Positions 54,701-64,000 of a DNA stretch of 64,000 nt are shown one piece after another (the stretch's first letter is position 1; the number at the start of each line of letters is the position of its first letter). A program made the translations under genes and the position numbers. Source of the DNA: Eledone cirrhosa (lineage: Eukaryota); the NCBI GenBank assembly GCA_964016885.1, contig OZ024741.1, positions 244,590,001 through 244,654,000 of the forward strand, read 5' to 3'. Under the pieces are notes generated by a model that was not told where the DNA came from, did no database searches, and worked only from the letters and a program-made list of their open reading frames with translations.

Positions 54701-57700
54701 TCCGCATTTTTGTGATTCGTTTCTTCGAAGCACACCATTCGCCGCCGGACTTCAGCTTCCTCATTTAGCATGGGCAGCTTTTCTTGCAAATCACACTACA
54801 CACAGCAAATCTGTGTCTGCACATGTACCAGTAACTACAGATCGATCCGACCACGGGCGGCCGGCCCGCGATTGAAAAGGTAGCTCCGCCAGCAAATCGT
54901 CATTTTTTGATTCGTTTTCTTCGAAGCACACCATTCGCCGGCGGACTTTGTTGACGTTTAACACGGTTTGGTTCCACAGCCACAACTATTGATTTTACGG
55001 AGATATCTTGCTGAAATTCACGCCACACATAGCCAATGATTGTCTGCACATGTACCAGTAATTACAGATCGATCCGACCACGGGTGGCCGGCCCGCGATT
55101 GAAAAGGTAACTCCGCCAGCAAATCGTCATTTTTGGATTCGTTTTCTTCGAAGCACACCATTCGCCGGCGGACTTTGTTGACGTTTAACACGGTTTGGTT
55201 CCACAGCCACAACTATTGATTTTACGGAGATATCTTGCTGAAATTCACGCCACACATACCCAATGAGTGTCTGCACATGTACCAGTAATTACAGATCGAT
55301 CCGCCCACGGGTGGCCGGCCCACGATCTAAAATGTAACTCCGCCGGCAAATCCGCATTTTTGTGATTAGTTTCTTCGAAGCACACCATTCGCCGCCGGAC
55401 TTGAGCTTCCTCATTTAGCATGGGCAGCTTTTCTTGAAAATCACACCACACTCAGCAAATGTGTGTCTGCACATGTACCAGTAACTACAGATCGATCCGA
55501 CCACGGGCGGCCTGCCCACGATCGAAAAGGTAACTCCGCAGGCAAATTCGCACTTTTGTGATTCGTTTCTTCGAAGCACACCATTCGCTGGTGGTCTTCA
55601 GCTTCCTCATTTAGCATGGGCAGCTTTTCTTGAAAATCACACCACACTCAGCAAATCTGTGTCTGCACATGTACCAGTAATTACAGATCGATCCGACCAC
55701 GGGTGGCCGGCCCGCGATTGAAAAGGTAACTCCGCCAGCAAATCGTCATTTTTGGATTCGTTTTCTTCGAAGCACACCATTCGCCGCCGGACTTGAGCTT
55801 CCTCATTTAGCATGGGCAGCTTTTCTTGAAAATCACACCACACTCAGCAAATGTGTGTCTGCACATGTACCAGTAATTACAGATCGATCGGACCACGGGC
55901 GGCCGGCTCACGATCGAAAAGGTAACTCCGCCGGCAAATCCGCATTTTTGTGATTCGTTTCTTCGAAGCACACCATTCGCCGCCGGACTTCAGCTTCCTC
56001 ATTTAGCATGGGCAGCTTTTCTTGCAAATCACACTACACACAGCAAATCTGTGTCTGCACATGTACCAGTAACTACAGATCGATCCGACCACGGGCGGCC
56101 GGCCCACGATCGAAAAGGTAACTCCGCCGGCAAATCGTCATTTTTGGATTCGTTTTCTTCGAAGCACACCATTCGCCGGCGGACTTCAGCTTCCTCATTT
56201 AGCATGGGCAGCTTTTCTTGCAAATCACACTACACACAGCAAATCTGTGTCTGCACATGTACCAGTAATTACAGATCGATCGGACCACGGGCGGCCGGTT
56301 TGCGATTGAAAAGGTAACTCCGCCGGCAAATCGTCATTTTTGGATTCGTTTTCTTCGAAGCACACCATTCGCCGGCGGACTTTGTTGACGTTTAACACGG
56401 TTTGGTTCCACAGCCACAACTATTGATTTTACGGAGATATCTTGCTGAAATTCACGCCACACATACCCAATGAGTGTCTGCACATGTACCAGTAATTACA
56501 GATCGATCCGCCCACGGGTGGCCGGCCCACGATCTAAAATGTAACTCCGCCGGCAAATCCGCATTTTTGTGATTAGTTTCTTCGAAGCACACCATTCGCC
56601 GCCGGACTTGAGCTTCCTCATTTAGCATGGGCAGCTTTTCTTGAAAATCACACCACACTCAGCAAATGTGTGTCTGCACATGTACCAGTAATTACAGATC
56701 GATCGGACCACGGGCGGCCGGCTCACGATCGAAAAGGTAACTCCGCCGGCAAATCCGCATTTTTGTGATTCGTTTCTTCGAAGCACACCATTTGCCGCCG
56801 GACTTCAGCTTCCTCATTTAGCATGGGCAGCTTTTCTTGCAAATCACACTACACACAGCAAATCTGTGTCTGCACATGTACCAGTAACTACAGATCGATC
56901 CGACCACGGGCGGCCGGCCCACGATCGAAAAGGTAACTCCGCCGGCAAATCGTCATTTTTGGATTCGTTTTCTTCGAAGCACACCATTCGCCGGCGGACT
57001 TTGTTGACGTTTAACACGGTTTGGTTCCACAGCCACAACTATTGATTTTACGGAGATATCTTGCTGGAATTCACGCCACACATACCCAATGAGTGTCTGC
57101 ACATGTACCAGTAATTACAGATCGATCCGCCCACGGGTGGCCGGCCCACGATCTAAAATGTAACTCCGCCGGCAAATCCGCATTTTTGTGATTAGTTTCT
57201 TCGAAGCACACCATTCGCCGCCGGACTTGAGCTTCCTCATTTAGCATGGGCAGCTTTTCTTGAAAATCACACCACACTCAGCAAATGTGTGTCTGCACAT
57301 GTACCAGTAATTACAGATCGATCGGACCACGGGCGGCCGGCTCACGATCGAAAAGGTAACTCCGCCGGCAAATCCGCATTTTTGTGATTCGTTTCTTTGA
57401 AGCACACCATTCGCCGCCGGACTTCAGCTTCCTCATTTAGCATGGGCAGCTTTTCTTGCAAATCACACTACACACAGCAAATCTGTGTCTGCACATGTAC
57501 CAGTAACTACAGATCGATCCGACCACGGGCGGCCGGCCCACGATCGAAAAGGTAACTCCGCCGGCAAATCGTCATTTTTGGATTCGTTTTCTTCGAAGCA
57601 CACCATTCGCCGGCGGACTTTGTTGACGTTTAACACGGTTTGGTTCCACAGCCACAACTATTGATTTTACGGAGATATCTTGCTGAAATTCACGCCACAC

Positions 57701-60700
57701 ATACCCAATGAGTGTCTGCACATGTACCAGTAATTACAGATCGATCCGCCCACGGGTGGCCGGCCCACGATCTAAAATGTAACTCCGCCGGCAAATCCGC
57801 ATTTTTGTGATTAGTTTCTTCGAAGCACACCATTCGCCGCCGGACTTGAGCTTCCTCATTTAGCATGGGCAGCTTTTCTTGAAAATCACACCACACTCAG
57901 CAAATGTGTGTCTGCACATGTACCAGTAATTACAGATCGATCGGACCACGGGCGGCCGGCTCACGATCGAAAAGGTAACTCCGCCGGCAAATCCGCATTT
58001 TTGTGATTCGTTTCTTCGAAGCACACCATTTGCCGCCGGACTTCAGCTTCCTCATTTAGCATGGGCAGCTTTTCTTGCAAATCACACTACACACAGCAAA
58101 TCTGTGTCTGCACATGTACCAGTAACTACAGATCGATCCGACCACGGGCGGCCGGCCCACGATCGAAAAGGTAACTCCGCCGGCAAATCGTCATTTTTGG
58201 ATTCGTTTTCTTCGAAGCACACCATTCGCCGGCGGACTTTGTTGACGTTTAACACGGTTTGGTTCCACAGCCACAACTATTGATTTTACGGAGATATCTT
58301 GCTGGAATTCACGCCACACATACCCAATGAGTCTCTGCACATGTACCAGTAATTACAGATCGATCCGCCCACGGTTGGCCGGCCCACGATCTAAAATGTA
58401 ACTCCGCCGGCAAATCCGCATTTTTGTGATTAGTTTCTTCGAAGCACACCATTCGCCGCCGGACTTGAGCTTCCTCATTTAGCATGGGCAGCTTTTCTTG
58501 AAAATCACACCACACTCAGCAAATGTGTGTCTGCACATGTACCAGTAATTACAGATCGATCGGACCACGGGCGGCCGGCTCACGATCGAAAAGGTAACTC
58601 CGCCGGCAAATCCGCATTTTTGTGATTCGTTTCTTCGAAGCACACCATTCGCCGCCGGACTTCAGCTTCCTCATTTAGCATGGGCAGCTTTTCTTGCAAA
58701 TCACACTACACACAGCAAATCTGTGTCTGCACATGTACCAGTAACTACAGATCGATCCGACCACGGGCGGCCGGCCCGCGATTGAAAAGGTAACTCCGCC
58801 AGCAAATCGTCATTTTTTTATTCGTTTTCTTCGAAGCACACCATTCGCCGGCGGACTTTGTTGACGTTTAACACGGTTTGGTTCCACAGCCACAACTATT
58901 GATTTTACGGAGATATCTTGCTGAAATTCACGCCACACATACCCAATGAGTGTCTGCACATGTACCAGTAATTACAGATCGATCCGCCCACGGGTGGCCG
59001 GCCCACGATCTAAAATGTAACTCCGCCGGCAAATCCGCATTTTTGTGATTAGTTTCTTCGAAGCACACCATTCGCCGCCGGACTTGAGCTTCCTCATTTA
59101 GCATGGGCAGCTTTTCTTGAAAATCACACCACACTCAGCAAATGTGCGTCTGCACATGTACCAGTAATTACAGATCGATCGGACCACGGGCGGCCGGCTC
59201 ACGATCGAAAAGGTAACTCCGCCGGCAAATCCGCATTTTTGTGATTCGTTTCTTCGAAGCACACCATTCGCCGCCGGACTTCAGCTTCCTCATTTAGCAT
59301 GGGCAGCTTTTCTTGCAAATCACACTACACACAGCAAATCTGTGTCTGCACATGTACCAGTAACTACAGATCGATCCGACCACGGGCGGCCGGCCCGCGA
59401 TTGAAAAGGTAGCTCCGCCAGCAAATCGTCATTTTTTGATTCGTTTTCTTCGAAGCACACCATTCGCCGGCGGACTTTGTTGACGTTTAACACGGTTTGG
59501 TTCCACAGCCACAACTATTGATTTTACGGAGATATCTTGCTGAAATTCACGCCACACATAGCCAATGATTGTCTGCACATGTACCAGTAATTACAGATCG
59601 ATCCGACCACGGGTGGCCGGCCCGCGATTGAAAAGGTAACTCCGCCAGCAAATCGTCATTTTTGGATTCGTTTTCTTCGAAGCACACCATTCGCCGGCGG
59701 ACTTTGTTGACGTTTAACACGGTTTGGTTCCACAGCCACAACTATTGATTTTACGGAGATATCTTGCTGAAATTCACGCCACACATACCCAATGAGTGTC
59801 TGCACATGTACCAGTAATTACAGATCGATCCGCCCACGGGTGGCCGGCCCACGATCTAAAATGTAACTCCGCCGGCAAATCCGCATTTTTGTGATTAGTT
59901 TCTTCGAAGCACACCATTCGCCGCCGGACTTGAGCTTCCTCATTTAGCATGGGCAGCTTTTCTTGAAAATCACACCACACTCAGCAAATGTGTGTCTGCA
60001 CATGTACCAGTAACTACAGATCGATCCGACCACGGGCGGCCTGCCCACGATCGAAAAGGTAACTCCGCAGGCAAATTCGCACTTTTGTGATTCGTTTCTT
60101 CGAAGCACACCATTCGCTGGTGGTCTTCAGCTTCCTCATTTAGCATGGGCAGCTTTTCTTGAAAATCACACCACACTCAGCAAATCTGTGTCTGCACATG
60201 TACCAGTAATTACAGATCGATCCGACCACGGGTGGCCGGCCCGCGATTGAAAAGGTAACTCCGCCAGCAAATCGTCATTTTTGGATTCGTTTTCTTCGAA
60301 GCACACCATTCGCCGCCGGACTTGAGCTTCCTCATTTAGCATGGGCAGCTTTTCTTGAAAATCACACCACACTCAGCAAATGTGTGTCTGCACATGTACC
60401 AGTAATTACAGATCGATCGGACCACGGGCGGCCGGCTCACGATCGAAAAGGTAACTCCGCCGGCAAATCCGCATTTTTGTGATTCGTTTCTTCGAAGCAC
60501 ACCATTCGCCGCCGGACTTCAGCTTCCTCATTTAGCATGGGCAGCTTTTCTTGCAAATCACACTACACACAGCAAATCTGTGTCTGCACATGTACCAGTA
60601 ACTACAGATCGATCCGACCACGGGCGGCCGGCCCACGATCGAAAAGGTAACTCCGCCGGCAAATCGTCATTTTTGGATTCGTTTTCTTCGAAGCACACCA

Positions 60701-61920
60701 TTCGCCGGCGGACTTCAGCTTCCTCATTTAGCATGGGCAGCTTTTCTTGCAAATCACACTACACACAGCAAATCTGTGTCTGCACATGTACCAGTAATTA
60801 CAGATCGATCGGACCACGGGCGGCCGGTTTGCGATTGAAAAGGTAACTCCGCCGGCAAATCGTCATTTTTGGATTCGTTTTCTTCGAAGCACACCATTCG
60901 CCGGCGGACTTTGTTGACGTTTAACACGGTTTGGTTCCACAGCCACAACTATTGATTTTACGGAGATATCTTGCTGAAATTCACGCCACACATACCCAAT
61001 GAGTGTCTGCACATGTACCAGTAATTACAGATCGATCCGCCCACGGGTGGCCGGCCCACGATCTAAAATGTAACTCCGCCGGCAAATCCGCATTTTTGTG
61101 ATTAGTTTCTTCGAAGCACACCATTCGCCGCCGGACTTGAGCTTCCTCATTTAGCATGGGCAGCTTTTCTTGAAAATCACACCACACTCAGCAAATGTGT
61201 GTCTGCACATGTACCAGTAATTACAGATCGATCGGACCACGGGCGGCCGGCTCACGATCGAAAAGGTAACTCCGCCGGCAAATCCGCATTTTTGTGATTC
61301 GTTTCTTCGAAGCACACCATTTGCCGCCGGACTTCAGCTTCCTCATTTAGCATGGGCAGCTTTTCTTGCAAATCACACTACACACAGCAAATCTGTGTCT
61401 GCACATGTACCAGTAACTACAGATCGATCCGACCACGGGCGGCCGGCCCACGATCGAAAAGGTAACTCCGCCGGCAAATCGTCATTTTTGGATTCGTTTT
61501 CTTCGAAGCACACCATTCGCCGGCGGACTTTGTTGACGTTTAACACGGTTTGGTTCCACAGCCACAACTATTGATTTTACGGAGATATCTTGCTGGAATT
61601 CACGCCACACATACCCAATGAGTGTCTGCACATGTACCAGTAATTACAGATCGATCCGCCCACGGGTGGCCGGCCCACGATCTAAAATGTAACTCCGCCG
61701 GCAAATCCGCATTTTTGTGATTAGTTTCTTCGAAGCACACCATTCGCCGCCGGACTTGAGCTTCCTCATTTAGCATGGGCAGCTTTTCTTGAAAATCACA
61801 CCACACTCAGCAAATGTGTGTCTGCACATGTACCAGTAATTACAGATCGATCGGACCACGGGCGGCCGGCTCACGATCGAAAAGGTAACTCCGCCGGCAA
61901 ATCCGCATTTTTGTGATTCG
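51800..61920. repeat. Tandem duplication, period 4529 bp (22 monomers); approximate bounds
   Basis: A variant 53780/58309, F 55018/59547, D 55441/59970, hybrid H 56029/60558, E-like 56225/60754. 4529=15x196+7x227. Confidence 0.88.
56029..56224. repeat. Hybrid monomer H: C-type body joined to the B-type short tail (196 bp); second copy at 60558-60753
   Basis: The C-type body ends in gccggcggactt and is followed by cagcttcctc...ttgcaaa instead of the long tail. Confidence 0.9.
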
Positions 61921-64000
61921 TTTCTTCGAAGCACACCATTCGCCGCCGGACTTCAGCTTCCTCATTTAGCATGGGCAGCTTTTCTTGCAAATCACACTAC
62001 ACACAGCAAATCTGTGTCTGCACATGTACCAGTAACTACAGATCGATCCGACCACGGGCGGCCGGCCCGCGATTGAAAAGGTAACTCCGCCAGCAAATCG
62101 TCATTTTTTGATTCGTTTTCTTCGAAGCACACCATTCGCCGGCGGACTTTGTTGACGTTTAACACGGTTTGGTTCCACAGCCACAACTATTGATTTTACG
62201 GAGATATCTTGCTGAAATTCACGCCACACATACCCAATGAGTGTCTGCACATGTACCAGTAATTACAGATCGATCCGCCCACGGGTGGCCGGCCCACGAT
62301 CTAAAATGTAACTCCGCCGGCAAATCCGCATTTTTGTGATTAGTTTCTTCGAAGCACACCATTCGCCGCCGGACTTGAGCTTCCTCATTTAGCATGGGCA
62401 GCTCTTCTTGAAAATCACACCACACTCAGCAAATGTGCGTCTGCACATGTACCAGTAATTACAGATCGATCGGACCACGGGCGGCCGGCTCACGATCGAA
62501 AAGGTAACTCCGCCGGCAAATCCGCATTTTTGTGATTCGTTTCTTCGAAGCACACCATTCGCCGCCGGACTTCAGCTTCCTCATTTAGCATGGGCAGCTT
62601 TTCTTGCAAATCACACTACACACAGCAAATCTGTGTCTGCACATGTACCAGTAACTACAGATCGATCCGACCACGGGCGGCCGGCCCGCGATTGAAAAGG
62701 TAACTCCGCCAGCAAATCGTCATTTTTTGATTCGTTTTCTTCGAAGCACACCATTCGCCGCCGGACTTTGTTGACGTTTAACACGGTTTGGTTCCACAGC
62801 CACAACTATTGATTTTACGGAGATATCTTGCTGAAATTCACGCCACACATAGCCAATGATTGTCTGCACATGTACCAGTAATTACAGATCGATCCGACCA
62901 CGGGTGGCCGGCCCGCGATTGAAAAGGTAACTCCGCCAGCAAATCGTCATTTTTGGATTCGTTTTCTTCGAAGCACACCATTCGCCGGCGGACTTTGTTG
63001 ACGTTTAACACGGTTTGGTTCCACAGCCACAACTATTGATTTTACGGAGATATCTTGCTGAAATTCACGCCACACATACCCAATGAGTGTCTGCACATGT
63101 ACCAGTAATTACAGATCGATCCGCCCACGGGTGGCCGGCCCACGATCTAAAATGTAACTCCGCCGGCAAATCCGCATTTTTGTGATTAGTTTCTTCGAAG
63201 CACACCATTCGCCGCCGGACTTGAGCTTCCTCATTTAGCATGGGCAGCTTTTCTTGAAAATCACACCACACTCAGCAAATGTGTGTCTGCACATGTACCA
63301 GTAATTACAGATCGATCGGACCACGGGCGGCCGGCTCACGATCGAAAAGGTAACTCCGCCGGCAAATCCGCATTTTTGTGATTCGTTTCTTCGAAGCACA
63401 CCATTTGCCGCCGGACTTCAGCTTCCTCATTTAGCATGGGCAGCTTTTCTTGCAAATCACACTACACACAGCAAATCTGTGTCTGCACATGTACCAGTAA
63501 CTACAGATCGATCCGACCACGGGCGGCCGGCCCACGATCGAAAAGGTAACTCCGCCGGCAAATCGTCATTTTTGGATTCGTTTTCTTCGAAGCACACCAT
63601 TCGCCGGCGGACTTTGTTGACGTTTAACACGGTTTGGTTCCACAGCCACAACTATTGATTTTACGGAGATATCTTGCTGGAATTCACGCCACACATACCC
63701 AATGAGTGTCTGCACATGTACCAGTAATTACAGATCGATCCGCCCACGGGTGGCCGGCCCACGATCTAAAATGTAACTCCGCCGGCAAATCCGCATTTTT
63801 GTGATTAGTTTCTTCGAAGCACACCATTCGCCGCCGGACTTGAGCTTCCTCATTTAGCATGGGCAGCTTTTCTTGAAAATCACACCACACTCAGCAAATG
63901 TGTGTCTGCACATGTACCAGTAATTACAGATCGATCGGACCACGGGCGGCCGGCTCACGATCGAAAAGGTAACTCCGCCGGCAAATCCGCATTTTTGTGA

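Larger units (their letters stand above)
1..64000. repeat. Head-to-tail satellite DNA array of 196-bp and 227-bp monomers with higher-order structure; extends past both window edges
   Basis: The motif tctgcacatgtaccagtaa recurs every 196 or 227 bp throughout, always in the same orientation. ORF-track spacings are all sums of 196 and 227. 63684-71=63613=196x196+111x227, plus one more complete short monomer at 63684-63879. Confidence 0.99.

Noticed and set aside
71-63890. About 230 repeated 64/68-aa minus-strand ORFs (MWLWNQ..., MWCDFQ...)
   Set aside because: One per monomer, with non-ATG starts and no recognisable domain. Unit lengths 196, 227 and 619 are not multiples of 3, and the T7 allele puts a stop in the frame in many copies. 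They are by-products of the repeat.
1-64000. CRISPR-like array (constant block with alternating intervening segments, palindromes)
   Set aside because: The intervening segments are of only two recurring kinds rather than unique spacers, the units are far too long, and there is no leader or cas gene.
1-64000. 5S rRNA, spliced-leader, snRNA or tRNA tandem gene array; telomeric repeats; TE insertion or inversion
   Set aside because: No recognisable RNA-gene or telomere motifs. Monomer spacing and orientation are unbroken, leaving no room for an insertion.
1-64000. Entire array as a sequencing or assembly artefact (concatemer)
   Set aside because: Consistent subtype-specific variants and nested hierarchical structure indicate genuine satellite evolution, although individual block copy numbers still need read validation.

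Overview
The whole 64-kb window is one uninterrupted, single-orientation satellite-DNA array. I found no unique sequence, credible gene, RNA gene or transposon. It is built from related monomers of exactly two lengths, 196 bp and 227 bp, which share a 158-bp body (tcac...ggactt) followed by one of two largely unrelated tails (38 or 69 bp). The coordinate arithmetic gives 308 complete monomers between 71 and 63879 (197 short, 111 long). The dominant unit is a 619-bp trimer that I label A(196)-B(196)-C(227). Rarer variant and hybrid monomers (my labels D, E, F, G, H) interrupt it and mark nested higher-order duplications with periods of 1238, 2280, 2476, 2703, 4529, 4560, 4787 and 5798 bp. This resembles an actively homogenising eukaryotic centromeric or pericentromeric satellite, but that is inference: I do not recognise the family or organism. 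All ORFs in the track are best explained as by-products of the repeat. The most notable points are the exchangeable tail module whose junction coincides with the end of a 16-bp inverted repeat, strict length conservation including compensating indels, a nearly invariant palindrome-rich 32-bp block, and a layered duplication history. Nothing here demonstrates a new protein-coding system.
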